DNA from: Verrucomicrobiota bacterium
GTDB taxonomy: Bacteria > Verrucomicrobiota > Verrucomicrobiia > Verrucomicrobiales > DEV007
DNA: 58,716 nt
Assembly (NCBI GenBank): GCA_045046875.1
Contig: JASFYY010000015.1
Span: 1 to 58,716, forward strand
Reading direction: 5' to 3'
Position 1 is the stretch's first letter; each line of letters opens with the position of its first letter. The notes below the pieces were generated by a model. That model did not search any database, was not told the origin of the DNA, and saw nothing but the letters and a program-made list of their open reading frames with translations. The translations under genes and the position numbers were made by a program. Below, one piece after another: positions 19,535-29,905 of this stretch.

Positions 19535-21277
19535 TCATTCTATGGCTTCTGCCTTTTCCACAAACCACCAATCGGACAGCACAAACAAGTCGTCCATTTT
19601 CTGCACACTTTGCAATTTGGTTTTAGAAGCCCAGGGCACCAGAGTGAGACGGTATTTTTTGCCGGCTTCGAGTCGACCGCTCGCCACAACGGTGCGTTTA
19701 CGGAAACCCCACAGGTAAGCCGGCACTTCATTGTCCTCGATCTCCAACTTGTCTGCGGCTTTTTTGTCGAGGGTAAAAATTGCACTGTAGATGGCTTCTT
19801 TGTAGGGAGTGGATTGTGGATCCTGCAGGGCGGTGCGTTCTTTGAGGGTGGCTTCGATAACCAGTGGCTTGGCCGTTTGGCTGGCTGGCTGGCTGGGTGT
19901 TGTGGAAATGCGTTTACTGAATTCGACGTCGCGCCAGCGAATTCCGGCAAGTGTTCCGGGTGTTTCTGACAGCAACAGGTCGCGTGAAGCCAGTACCCAG
20001 ACCACCAGTTTTTTGGTGCGCACTTCGTTGTCAGGTCGTTGGGCAAAATCTTTGCGCACCTGGGTCGCACCGCCTCCGTTGGAGGTGTAGCTATTGAGAG
20101 TGGTTTGTAATTCAGCGGCTAAGTGTTGGGCGAAACCAGCGCCAATGAGAGGTTCACTGTCATCTTCATCTTTTGATTTCCAATTAGGATCTCCGAAACC
20201 GGTACGGGCATCGTCGTAGATATTGACAAAACTATCGCCTAATAAGACGATGGGGGACTGGCTATCGTTAGTCAGCGTCTTTCCGCCTGCGGCCTCTTTG
20301 ATCACGGTGAGGGTTTGAGTTTCTGGTTGGAAGATTTTCTCTGGATTGAATAGTTTTAACATTTCGACCAGATCACCCTCGTGTTCCCTTGTCAGTTTTT
20401 GTTGAGAGGTTTTTAAATCGCGTTTCACTCCAGCAAACCATGATTTAGATCTTATCTTTGCGGCCACTTCGGCAGCGGCTTTTTGCATGGTGCTCTGGGT
20501 CCAGTGGGTGTCCTGTTTCAAAAACACGTCACCGTCATCCTTGAGTGACCAAAAGAGTTGGGACAAGTCCAGCACTTCAACGTCGGATTTCCGCAATTGA
20601 TCGTAGAGAGCCTGCTGGTCTTTGTGCAAGGCGGGCTTTTGCCAAGTGCCGAGACCGATGTCTTCGGGATAGATCATCGGTTTGACCGGTACCGGGACGA
20701 GTAACAATTCGATGTCACGTTGTTTGAGCTGAGCGGCGAAATTTTCTATCACTTGTAGCGGTGGAGTCCAGATCGAGCGATCAGGATTTTTCATCACGCT
20801 GTCGGGCTCTGCTTGTAAGGGCCCATAACCGACCAGACTGTCGATGGCCGCCTGGTAATACAAACGCCCCCCTTTGCCTAGGACACTTTTGCTATTGCCC
20901 TCTTTCAAACCAGCGGTCAGTTTGCCCTGCATCCAGCGTCGGATGGCGATCGCATACTCGGCTTTTTCGAGTTTGCTTTCAAAGGAGCGTAAATGATCCT
21001 GTAGATTAGGCTGTTTGCGTTCGATGCCAGGATTGCCGCGTTTTTTGTTGGCCAGGAGTTCTACACTTATCGGGTTGGGGTGATGGAAAAATTCTACCAG
21101 AGGAATCCATTGTTTTTCTGTTTTGCAGAAGCGGTTGTGGATGTTCCTCAAGCTTGGAGGCAGCACGATGACGGCGATGAAGAGCACCGTGAAAATCCAT
21201 GCGGTGCGTTTATTCACACACACTTCTTCCGGGTGCGCGCCCCACTCTTCATACGGATTTTTCATTTTCTTGCTCAT
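19535..21277 (-). CDS. AlgJ/AlgX-like SGNH O-acetyltransferase with extra C-terminal domain
   Basis: FLKQDTHW (DxH) and VLLGDSF motifs; N-terminal TM anchor; adjacent to an MBOAT gene. Confidence 0.8.
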   Translation of the reverse strand: MSKKMKNPYEEWGAHPEEVCVNKRTAWIFTVLFIAVIVLPPSLRNIHNRFCKTEKQWIPLVEFFHHPNPISVELLANKKRGNPGIERKQPNLQDHLRSFESKLEKAEYAIAIRRWMQGKLTAGLKEGNSKSVLGKGGRLYYQAAIDSLVGYGPLQAEPDSVMKNPDRSIWTPPLQVIENFAAQLKQRDIELLLVPVPVKPMIYPEDIGLGTWQKPALHKDQQALYDQLRKSDVEVLDLSQLFWSLKDDGDVFLKQDTHWTQSTMQKAAAEVAAKIRSKSWFAGVKRDLKTSQQKLTREHEGDLVEMLKLFNPEKIFQPETQTLTVIKEAAGGKTLTNDSQSPIVLLGDSFVNIYDDARTGFGDPNWKSKDEDDSEPLIGAGFAQHLAAELQTTLNSYTSNGGGATQVRKDFAQRPDNEVRTKKLVVWVLASRDLLLSETPGTLAGIRWRDVEFSKRISTTPSQPASQTAKPLVIEATLKERTALQDPQSTPYKEAIYSAIFTLDKKAADKLEIEDNEVPAYLWGFRKRTVVASGRLEAGKKYRLTLVPWASKTKLQSVQKMDDLFVLSDWWFVEKAEAIE

Positions 21278-21286
21278 GGGTCGTCC

Positions 21287-22708
21287 TTAGAACTGAAAAT
21301 ACAAAAACGGGTTGAACCCTTGGGTGAACATCATCGCCAGACTGAAAGCAAATAACAACAGCCCCAGGGCAATCTTGCCAGCGGTCAGTTTTTCCAGCCA
21401 GTTGGCGGTGCGTGGAGTCACCCAGGTGACGATGATGGCGAGGGCGAGGAAAAGGAAATTCATCGGACGCAGCAGTTCACCGGTGAGGATGCCTGCCGCC
21501 GGAGCGTCACCACTTTGACCAAACATCGTTGCGAGATAAGCCAGTGCCACGTTCAGATTAGCGGCACGGAAAAACACCCAGGTGATGAGCAATACAACAA
21601 AGGTGAGAGCCATGCGCATCGCATTGGGCAGACGTTTGTAAAAGCTGTCTTTGCCCATCAGGCGTTCCAGCATCAGCATGCCGCCGTGGATGGCTCCCCA
21701 CACCACAAAGGTCCACTGCGCGCCGTGCCACAGGCCGCCGATCAGCATCACCATCATCAGATTGACATAGGTGCGCCCAGAGCTGCCGCGATTGCCGCCC
21801 AGCGGAATGTAGAGGTAGTCACGCAAAAAACTCGATAGCGAGATGTGCCAGCGGCGCCAGAATTCGGTGATGCTTTTTGAGCGGTAGGGGGAGTTGAAAT
21901 TTTCCGGAAAACGAAAACCGAACATGCGCCCGAGGCCGATCGCCATGTCGGAGTATCCGGAAAAATCGAAGTAGATCTGGAAGGCATAAGCGATCACTCC
22001 GAACCAGGCGATGGGGGTCGTCAAAACGCCGTCTCCTGCATTAAAACAGGCGTCGGCGATGCCGCCCATCGGATTGGCGAGCAGGATTTTTTTGGTGAAG
22101 CCGTAATTGAAGCGGGTGAGGCCACCGACAAAACCTTCAATATTATGCACCCGTGAGCGCAGCTGCTCCGCCACGCTGCCGTAACGCACGATCGGGCCGG
22201 CGACGAGTTGGGGAAACATTGACACATAGCAGGCGAAGTCGATAAAGGAATCGGCTTGTTTGGCGTGTCCCCGGTAGAGGTCGATGCTGTAGCTCATCGA
22301 CTGGAAGGTGTAGAAGGAGATTCCTACCGGCAGCACCACTTGGTAGAGGAAATCCGGAGCGGCTATGGCTCCAAAACCAAACCACTGGCCCAGAGTGCTG
22401 ATGCCATCGGCACCAAAAGCGGCGTATTTGAAAAAAACCAGGATCGACAGGTTGGAGATCACCGAGAGGATCATGCCGGTTTTGCGTTGGCTCTGGCTCG
22501 CTCCCTCAGCGCTGATCATTTTGCCACAGCCGTAGTCGATCATCGTCGAGATCAGCATCAACAACATGAACCAGGGGTTCCACCAACCGTAGAAGACGTA
22601 ACTGACCAAGGTCAGGGTGAGGCTCTTCATCCCGCGCGGCGATGCGTAATACAGCAACAGCGCCAGCGGCAGGAAATAAAAGATGAAGATGTGTGAACTG
22701 AATACCAC
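21287..22708 (-). CDS. algI: MBOAT family O-acyltransferase, AlgI/DltB-like
   Basis: LPVGISFYTFQ, FPQLVAGPI, QIYFDFSGYSDMAIG, EFWRRWHISLS, GLWHGA. Confidence 0.9.
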   Translation of the reverse strand: MVFSSHIFIFYFLPLALLLYYASPRGMKSLTLTLVSYVFYGWWNPWFMLLMLISTMIDYGCGKMISAEGASQSQRKTGMILSVISNLSILVFFKYAAFGADGISTLGQWFGFGAIAAPDFLYQVVLPVGISFYTFQSMSYSIDLYRGHAKQADSFIDFACYVSMFPQLVAGPIVRYGSVAEQLRSRVHNIEGFVGGLTRFNYGFTKKILLANPMGGIADACFNAGDGVLTTPIAWFGVIAYAFQIYFDFSGYSDMAIGLGRMFGFRFPENFNSPYRSKSITEFWRRWHISLSSFLRDYLYIPLGGNRGSSGRTYVNLMMVMLIGGLWHGAQWTFVVWGAIHGGMLMLERLMGKDSFYKRLPNAMRMALTFVVLLITWVFFRAANLNVALAYLATMFGQSGDAPAAGILTGELLRPMNFLFLALAIIVTWVTPRTANWLEKLTAGKIALGLLLFAFSLAMMFTQGFNPFLYFQF

Positions 22709-22769
22709 GGGTCGTCGAGGAAGAAAGCTTCTACTGTAGCCTCATATCACAAGCCGGAAAGGGAGAAAA

Positions 22770-23945
22770 TCAGCGTCGCAGTGAAAGTAGTTTATTAATG
22801 ATTTTGGACAGGGGAATAGCTGTCACTTCATCAGTGATGGGATATTCTTCATCCCCAGCATGCACGACAAAGGCTTTTTGTGGCTGCAAATCGGCGATGG
22901 CGGAATAAAAACCGCGAGATACTTTGGGGGCCGAACTTTGCTTGATTTCAATTGCCCATTTGTCTCCCCCGGGTAGTTCTAATATCAAATCAATTTCTGC
23001 GCCAGCGCTGGTTCGGTAAAATCCGGCTTGGGTGCGATGTGGACTGACACCGAGGAGGTTTTCGACCACAAACCCCTCCCAGCTTGAACCAACTACCGGG
23101 TGACCGCAAAGCTCACTAAAATCCGAAATATTGAGCAAAGCGTGTAAGAGCCCTGAGTCACGAATGTATACTTTGGGTGCTTTGACTAGGCGTTTTTTGG
23201 TATTGACGGCAAATGGGGTGAGCCTTCTTACCAACAACAGGTCAACCAGCAAATCCAAATAACGAGTGACGCTTTGGGTGCTGGTCTGTAATGATTTTCC
23301 AAGTGCGGCTGCGTTTAACAACTGCGATTGGTTGTGTGCCAGCATAGTCCATAGACGGAATAATGTTTCCGCTGGGATGCGGGGGCTGAACATTAGCACA
23401 TCACGGTCGAGATATGTTTGCAGGAGATCCTTGCGTAACAAAAAACTGTCCTCATCTGAGTTTGCCAGATAATTATCTGGAAACCCTCCCCGCACCCAGA
23501 GTTTTTGTCGATCCTCATTAGATGGCTCGATTTCGTTTATCAAAAATCCTGACAGCTCTACATATCGGATTCTTCCAGCAAGGCTTTCACCTGCTTGTTT
23601 GAGAAGATCCAGAGATGCCGACCCCAACAGCAGAAAACGTCCATTTCGTAAACCTTGACGGCGCCCTTGGTCGATGACACCCCGTAGAATTGGAAACAGG
23701 TTGGGCATGCGGTGGATTTCATCCAGAATGACCAAGCGGTCTTTGTAGTTCCCCAAAAAAACCGAGGGATTATCAAGTTTTCTCCGGTCATCCGGATTTT
23801 CAAGATCCAGGTACAGAGCATTCCTCTCTTTTACGAACCAATAAGCGAGGGTTGTTTTTCCTACTTGTCGTGGACCGAGCAAAGCAACTGCGGCTTGTCT
23901 TTCGAGGGCATCAAATACTTCTTTATGAGCAAAACGCGCTAACAT
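22770..23945 (-). CDS. AAA+ ATPase (AAA_14) with DUF4143 and PD-(D/E)xK-like C-terminus
   Basis: Walker A GPRQVGKT; Walker B ILDEIH; GESLAGR; KAPKVYIRDSG; EIDLI...AIEIK. Confidence 0.9.
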   Translation of the reverse strand: MLARFAHKEVFDALERQAAVALLGPRQVGKTTLAYWFVKERNALYLDLENPDDRRKLDNPSVFLGNYKDRLVILDEIHRMPNLFPILRGVIDQGRRQGLRNGRFLLLGSASLDLLKQAGESLAGRIRYVELSGFLINEIEPSNEDRQKLWVRGGFPDNYLANSDEDSFLLRKDLLQTYLDRDVLMFSPRIPAETLFRLWTMLAHNQSQLLNAAALGKSLQTSTQSVTRYLDLLVDLLLVRRLTPFAVNTKKRLVKAPKVYIRDSGLLHALLNISDFSELCGHPVVGSSWEGFVVENLLGVSPHRTQAGFYRTSAGAEIDLILELPGGDKWAIEIKQSSAPKVSRGFYSAIADLQPQKAFVVHAGDEEYPITDEVTAIPLSKIINKLLSLRR

Positions 23946-23982
23946 CCTTGCAATTTATCCATCTATTGGATAAATTGCAAGG
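23946..23982. promoter_or_regulatory. Perfect 16-bp inverted repeat abutting the AAA-DUF4143 start codon (candidate operator)
   Basis: CCTTGCAATTTATCCA-TCTAT-TGGATAAATTGCAAGG. Confidence 0.6.
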
Positions 23983-24019
23983 TTAATCGAGTCGTTCAGC
24001 ATTTGATATTTACAGAAGT

Positions 24020-24685
24020 TCACTTCGTTTTGATATCCCCGGGGCGCTGTTTGGGCTGCGTGATGTAGGGCGCGCGCAGGTAGACCGGCTGCAAGGCTTG
24101 CTGAGTGAGCTCATCCCATTCGTCATTATCCATAGCAGCTACCTGGCGGGCAAGGGCTGTTGCTTGCGGTGTGCGTAATTGGATCGGGGATTGAGGATCA
24201 TCGCACAGGGCTTCTTCGGTGCTGTAAATTTCCAAACCTTGCTGCCGCAGTTCCTCCATCTGTACTAACCAGGATGAATGATCCATCAAATCCGGTTCAG
24301 CTTGCAAACGATGTTGTTGAATCCGGGCGAGATAATAGGAAGAACGCCGGGCGTCGCCACAGACGACAAAATCGGCTTCTTCTGCTAAAACGGCAATTGA
24401 AGCCAGACCGATCACCGGCATATCGAGTGCCAGCGCCAGGCCGTTGGCTACCGAAATGCCGACGCGGATTCCGCTGTAATTGCCAGGGCCGAGCCCCACC
24501 ACGATGCGATTCAATTCGCCTCGGCAGATTTCCAAAGCTTCGGCCACTGGATCAAAAATTTTGGCATTGTGCAAGCGGTCGGATTCGAACTGTGCCTGCC
24601 ACAGTACCTCGCCGCTTTGTTTTTGTAACAGAGCCAGACTGGCTTGTTTGGTTGAGGTTTCGATGGCTAAAATCATATCACTCAT
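24020..24685 (-). CDS. tsaB: tRNA threonylcarbamoyladenosine biosynthesis protein TsaB
   Basis: MILAIETST, VGLGPGNYSGIRVG, DARR. Start moved to the ATG at 24685, overlapping the tsaE stop. Confidence 0.9.
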   Translation of the reverse strand: MSDMILAIETSTKQASLALLQKQSGEVLWQAQFESDRLHNAKIFDPVAEALEICRGELNRIVVGLGPGNYSGIRVGISVANGLALALDMPVIGLASIAVLAEEADFVVCGDARRSSYYLARIQQHRLQAEPDLMDHSSWLVQMEELRQQGLEIYSTEEALCDDPQSPIQLRTPQATALARQVAAMDNDEWDELTQQALQPVYLRAPYITQPKQRPGDIKTK

Positions 24686-25121
24686 GGTTAGCAGTGGCTT
24701 GCGGGGCTTGGTTGAGTAGCTGGAGCGTGCGTGCATCGCCGTCACCGATACTGATCTGCCACCACTGGGTGTGTGGTGGCATCAACTCGGGAAAACGGTC
24801 CGCCCACTCGACCACCACGATACCCGCTTCGTCGAGGTATTCATCCCAGCCAATGTTTTCGATCTCCTGCGCCTGATCCATCCGGTAGAAGTCAAAATGA
24901 TAAAGGGGACAGACCCCATCAGAATATTCGTGCACCAAAGTGAACGTCGGGCTTGAGACGGGTGAGTCACTGCCCAGGCCTTGTGCCAGACCTTTGACAA
25001 AATGAGTTTTACCAGCGCCGAGATTCCCCACCAAGCCGATCACTGCACCAGCTTGCAAGGGTTTTGCTAGCTGCTGAGCAAAACCCATCGTCTCTTCAGC
25101 TGATGTGACTTTTTTTTCCAT
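24678..25121 (-). CDS. tsaE: tRNA threonylcarbamoyladenosine biosynthesis ATPase TsaE
   Basis: GNLGAGKT, SPTFTLVHEY, HFDFYR, VEW. Confidence 0.95.
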   Translation of the reverse strand: MEKKVTSAEETMGFAQQLAKPLQAGAVIGLVGNLGAGKTHFVKGLAQGLGSDSPVSSPTFTLVHEYSDGVCPLYHFDFYRMDQAQEIENIGWDEYLDEAGIVVVEWADRFPELMPPHTQWWQISIGDGDARTLQLLNQAPQATANHE

Positions 25122-26071
25122 TACTTAGATGTGGACGAAGATCCTTCATTGTCAAAATGATCCCACCCCCCCGACAGTTGATCGCCAGACTGCGCAGCGG
25201 CGACCACTTCGCCGATTACCGTCAAATCAAGCTGATTCGCAAACTGCTGCTTCCACGCCGAGAGCAGATCCGGCACTTGCGCTTGAGTGATAGTGAACAG
25301 CAGTTCGTAGTCTTCGCCGTCGCCCATCGCTGCCTGAGCATCCGCCCCATGGTGACAAGGCAGGCGATCCACATCGACGTGATAACCCAGCTCACTGAGT
25401 TTCATCATTCTCGGCAGATCTTTCGCCAGCCCATCGCTCAAATCCATCATCGCGTTGATTTTGAAAAATTCTCCCAACCACCTGGATTCCGTCAAACGAG
25501 GCTGGAAATTCAAATGCCTGCCCGAAGGCAAAGAGCCGCCCAAGCGCCCGGTCACCAAGATGGCATCCCCCTGTTTCGCACCCGAACGATAAATACAACG
25601 ATCCGGCTCCACTCGCCCTGTCATCGATACAGAGATCACCGCATGGTTCGCCGGACTCGACGAGCTTTCCCCACCCACCACGCTGAATCCATAAGTCTGC
25701 GCTACTTTTTGCATGCCTCTATACCAGCCTACAGCCTGACTCAAGGGCAAGTGGTCGGGAGTCACAATCGTCACCACCGCAGCCGTAGGCAATCCTCCCA
25801 TCGCAGCGATATCGCTTAGCGGACGGGCCAAAGCTTTCCAGCCCACCTGCTCTGGGTCGGCATCACTGGCAAAATGAACGTGCTCGACGACGACATCGGT
25901 TTTTAACAAATCGAGCCACTCAGGAGAAGAGCCCGTCAGCACCGCACAGTCATCGCCCGGTCCGCAAAGCACGCTGTCATCCATGCGCAAATCCGCGATC
26001 AGATGAGCGATCAACTCATCCTCCCCGATATCACACAACCTTATATTCGCTTCAGTAGGCATTGCTTTCAA
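25121..26071 (-). CDS. thiL: Thiamine-monophosphate kinase
   Basis: GPGDDCA, SDIAAMGG, AMMDLSDGL, GEDYELLFT. Confidence 0.95.
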   Translation of the reverse strand: MKAMPTEANIRLCDIGEDELIAHLIADLRMDDSVLCGPGDDCAVLTGSSPEWLDLLKTDVVVEHVHFASDADPEQVGWKALARPLSDIAAMGGLPTAAVVTIVTPDHLPLSQAVGWYRGMQKVAQTYGFSVVGGESSSSPANHAVISVSMTGRVEPDRCIYRSGAKQGDAILVTGRLGGSLPSGRHLNFQPRLTESRWLGEFFKINAMMDLSDGLAKDLPRMMKLSELGYHVDVDRLPCHHGADAQAAMGDGEDYELLFTITQAQVPDLLSAWKQQFANQLDLTVIGEVVAAAQSGDQLSGGWDHFDNEGSSSTSK

Positions 26072-26266
26072 ATACTACGGAATTCTCATTTTGAAAAGTT
26101 TCACTTTCTATCTAATCACAGATCCTGAATCTTTGGTGTCGATAAATTTACCTTTCGATGTTTGTAAAAATAGAGGAAAGCGCGTGTTCTAGTTCTAGAT
26201 AGCTATACAGTGCGGCAACGCTTCAGTCCGCGAACTTCCGCCCCGGCCTTTTTTTAAAGCAAAATC

Positions 26267-28681
26267 ATGTCACAAATAAGCAATAGCAAAACCCCCCTCG
26301 ACGAGGATTCGCCCCTCTCTCAGTCCGAGGTTGATTTGATCCACGCCTATTGGCGTGCCGCCAACTATCTCTCTGTCGGGCAGATTTATCTTTTGGATAA
26401 CCCTCTGCTCAAAGAGCCGCTCACCCCTGAGCACGTGAAACCCCGATTGCTTGGTCACTGGGGAACCACCCCGGGTCTTAATTTTATCTATGCTCATCTC
26501 AATCGCCTGATCAAAAAAGATCAGCACAACATTATCTACTTGGCAGGCCCGGGACACGGGGGCCCCGGTTTGGTAGCTAACACTTATTTGGAAGGCACTT
26601 ACAGTGAGTTTTATCCAGAAATCTCTCAAGATGAAGAGGGCATGCAAAAACTCTTCAAACAGTTTTCTTTTCCCGGAGGTATCCCCAGTCATGTTGCCCC
26701 CGAAACTCCTGGATCGATCCACGAAGGCGGAGAGCTGGGTTATGTGCTGTCCCACGCATTCGGGGCTGTTTTTGATAATCCTGATTTGATCACAGCTTGC
26801 GTAGTCGGCGACGGCGAAGCGGAAACTGGTCCACTGGCGACAGCCTGGCATTCTAACAAATTTCTTAACCCTGTCACGGATGGGGTGGTGCTGCCTATTT
26901 TACATCTCAACGGATATAAAATAGCCAACCCCACCATACTCGCCCGCATCCCACATGAAGAATTAGAAAACCTCTTCCTTGGTTACGGCTACAAACCCCA
27001 TTTTGTCGAAGGCAGTGATCCGCAAACGATGCATCACTTGATGGCAAAAACATTGGAAACCGTGTTTGAAGAAATTCGCACGATTCAGAAAAAGGCGCGC
27101 GAAGAAGGCGAGACCCAGCGCCCCGTTTGGCCGATGATCGTAATGCGTTCGCCCAAGGGTTGGACCGGTCCCGAATACGTCGATGATTTGCGCGCTGAAA
27201 ATTACTGGCGTTCGCATCAAGTGCCCTTCGCTCAAGTGGTGGAAAACAAATCCCATCTGCAGTTGCTAGAAAAATGGATGCACAGTTACCGTCCCGAAGA
27301 ATTGTTTGATGAAAAAGGTCGTCTATTACCTGAGTTGGCGGCCTTGGCTCCTAGCGGCATCAAGCGCATGGGCTCCAACCCTCACGCGAATGGTGGCGCT
27401 TTGTTGAAGGATTTAAAAATGCCGGATTTCCGGGACCTGGCCGTCACGGTGGATCGCCCTGGCGGCTCCTTCGATGAATCCATCAGGGTGATGGGAAAGT
27501 TTCTCGCAGAAATCATGCAGCGCAACTCCGCCGAAAAGAATTTTCGTGTTGTCGGCCCTGATGAAACCGCGTCCAATCGCCTGGGAGCTTTGTTTGCCGT
27601 CACTGGACGCGCGTGGAACGCCGAGCGTCTGCCCGAAGACGACGATCCCGATGCTCATCTGGCCTTGGACGGGCGCGTGATGGAAATTCTCAGTGAACAC
27701 ACCTGCCAAGGTTGGCTGGAAGGTTATCTACTGACCGGGCGTCATGGATTGTTCTCCTGTTACGAAGCTTTCATTCACATTGTGGATTCAATGGTCAACC
27801 AACATGCCAAGTGGCTCAAGGTGACACGCAGCGAGATCCCCTGGAGGAGACCCATCGCCTCGCTCAACTATCTGCTCACCTCACACGTATGGAGGCAAGA
27901 TCACAATGGTTTCAGTCATCAAGACCCGGGTTTCATCGATCATGTGGTGAACAAAAAATCCGAAGTGGTCCGCGTTTATTTTCCACCTGATGCCAATACC
28001 CTGCTTTGTGTCACCGACCACTGTTTGCGTAGTCGCAACTACATCAATGTCATTGTCGCCGGCAAGCAGTCGCAACCACAATGGTTGGACATGGATGCCG
28101 CGATCAAACACTGCACCACCGGCGCTGGCATTTGGAAATGGGCGAGTAACGACAAGGGCGGCGACCCTGATGTGATTATGGCTTGCTGTGGAGACGTGCC
28201 TACCATCGAAACCCTTGCTGCGGTCATGTTGTTACGCCAGCACGTTCCGGATTTAAAAATCCGGGTGATTAATGTCGTCAACTTAATGACGCTGCAACCG
28301 CAAAGTGAGCATCCCCATGGATTGAGCGATAAGGACTTTGATATTCTTTTTGCCACTGATGTGCCGGTCATTTTTTGCTACCACGGGTACCCCTGGTTGA
28401 TCCATCGCCTCACTTATAGGCGTAACAACCATGAGCATCTTCACGTAAGGGGCTACAAAGAAGAAGGTACCACGACGACCCCTTTTGACATGGCGGTATT
28501 GAATGAGATTGACCGGTTTCATTTGGTCGGCGATGTCATCGATCGTGTTCCCAAATTAAAATCGCATGCAGCTTATTTAAAACAATTCGTGCAAAACGAA
28601 CTCACTTCACACAAGGAGTATATCCGCTTACACGGTGTGGATATGCCGCAAATCCGCAACTGGCAATGGCAGGAGAAATAA
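26267..28681 (+). CDS. xfp: Xylulose-5-phosphate/fructose-6-phosphate phosphoketolase
   Basis: [41 protein letters not shown]. Confidence 0.97.
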   Translation: MSQISNSKTPLDEDSPLSQSEVDLIHAYWRAANYLSVGQIYLLDNPLLKEPLTPEHVKPRLLGHWGTTPGLNFIYAHLNRLIKKDQHNIIYLAGPGHGGPGLVANTYLEGTYSEFYPEISQDEEGMQKLFKQFSFPGGIPSHVAPETPGSIHEGGELGYVLSHAFGAVFDNPDLITACVVGDGEAETGPLATAWHSNKFLNPVTDGVVLPILHLNGYKIANPTILARIPHEELENLFLGYGYKPHFVEGSDPQTMHHLMAKTLETVFEEIRTIQKKAREEGETQRPVWPMIVMRSPKGWTGPEYVDDLRAENYWRSHQVPFAQVVENKSHLQLLEKWMHSYRPEELFDEKGRLLPELAALAPSGIKRMGSNPHANGGALLKDLKMPDFRDLAVTVDRPGGSFDESIRVMGKFLAEIMQRNSAEKNFRVVGPDETASNRLGALFAVTGRAWNAERLPEDDDPDAHLALDGRVMEILSEHTCQGWLEGYLLTGRHGLFSCYEAFIHIVDSMVNQHAKWLKVTRSEIPWRRPIASLNYLLTSHVWRQDHNGFSHQDPGFIDHVVNKKSEVVRVYFPPDANTLLCVTDHCLRSRNYINVIVAGKQSQPQWLDMDAAIKHCTTGAGIWKWASNDKGGDPDVIMACCGDVPTIETLAAVMLLRQHVPDLKIRVINVVNLMTLQPQSEHPHGLSDKDFDILFATDVPVIFCYHGYPWLIHRLTYRRNNHEHLHVRGYKEEGTTTTPFDMAVLNEIDRFHLVGDVIDRVPKLKSHAAYLKQFVQNELTSHKEYIRLHGVDMPQIRNWQWQEK

Positions 28682-29817
28682 AAACCCTGTTAGTGATCAA
28701 CAGCGGCTCGAGTACGCTGAAGTTCGAACTGTTTGGCTGCGATGACCTGCAAAGTTTATACGCAGGCAACCTGTCTGTGCATAGCGATCAAACGTATCAA
28801 ATACGACCGATTTTTGATACGCTTCAAGCTCAGGTTGAAAATTTCGCTAGCTGTTCGATCGAAGCCATCGCGCACCGGGTGGTGCATGGCGGAACCTGTT
28901 TCAACGAAGCTGTCGTTGTGAATCAAGAGGTATTGCAAACCCTCGAAAGTCTCTCTTCGCTCGCCCCCCTACATAACCCGAAAGCGGTCTCTATGATCAA
29001 GCGTTTGCACGGAGAGCTGCCCGATATTCCACAAATAGCTGTTTTTGACACAGGATTTTTTTCCAACTTACCCGAGCGCGCCAAAATCTTGCCGCTGCCT
29101 TGGCATTGGTACGAAAAATGGGGAATCCGGCGGTTTGGGTTTCACGGCATCAGCCACTCCTACTGCGCCACTCGCGCTGTACAGATGTTGAAACAAGCGC
29201 TCCAACCGATACAACACCGGCGCTTGGTGATCTGTCATATTGGCAGTGGATGTTCGGCGAGTGCGGTGCAAGATGGCGAAGCCGTCGCTACTACCATGAG
29301 TTACACCCCGATGGATGGTTTGATGATGGGCAGTCGCAGCGGCAGCATTGACCCTGGCATCCTACTTCACCTGCTTGACTCTGATTTGCAGAGGCCAGAG
29401 CAAATCAGTGATTGCTTAAATCGTCAATCAGGGCTGCTCGGGGTCTCTGGAGTTTCTTCCGATTTTCAACAAGTGCACAAAGCAGCACAGCAGGGTAATT
29501 CCAGAGCGCAGCTTGCTCTCGATATATTTACCGACAGCATTCGCGCCTCCATCGCTTCGCTAGCCGTCAATATGGGTGGCCTCGATGCCTTGATATTCAC
29601 TGCTGGCATTGGCGAAAATTCATCCTATCTGAGAGAAAAAGTTTGTCAGGGATTGGAGTGTCTGGGCTGCGTGCTAGACTTGGAGCTTAATCAGCAACCC
29701 GTCCTGGATGCCGAACTGACAGCAGCCGGTTCCAAAGTGCGTATTTTGGCGATTGCTACCCAAGAAAGCCTGCAAATCGCCAAGCAGACGCTTCCGCTCA
29801 TCACCTCAACAGCCTGA
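28666..29817 (+). CDS. ackA: Acetate kinase
   Basis: [39 protein letters not shown]. Confidence 0.95.
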   Translation: MAGEIKTLLVINSGSSTLKFELFGCDDLQSLYAGNLSVHSDQTYQIRPIFDTLQAQVENFASCSIEAIAHRVVHGGTCFNEAVVVNQEVLQTLESLSSLAPLHNPKAVSMIKRLHGELPDIPQIAVFDTGFFSNLPERAKILPLPWHWYEKWGIRRFGFHGISHSYCATRAVQMLKQALQPIQHRRLVICHIGSGCSASAVQDGEAVATTMSYTPMDGLMMGSRSGSIDPGILLHLLDSDLQRPEQISDCLNRQSGLLGVSGVSSDFQQVHKAAQQGNSRAQLALDIFTDSIRASIASLAVNMGGLDALIFTAGIGENSSYLREKVCQGLECLGCVLDLELNQQPVLDAELTAAGSKVRILAIATQESLQIAKQTLPLITSTA

Positions 29818-29905
29818 AGTCCTTGTAATTTTCAATCGCAGCCTTGCGTTTACAGGGAAAAGTGTTTGTTTCTCTAGATAAATCGAGATTCATTCTCTGC
29901 TGATT

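Noticed and set aside
19879..19896. (GGCT)4 as a phase-variation tract
   Set aside because: Too short, and it simply encodes the PSQPASQ linker.
19535..22708. Alginate biosynthesis locus
   Set aside because: No algD, alg8, alg44, algG or algE in the window.
24160..24876. 238-aa plus-strand ORF
   Set aside because: Antisense to tsaB/tsaE.
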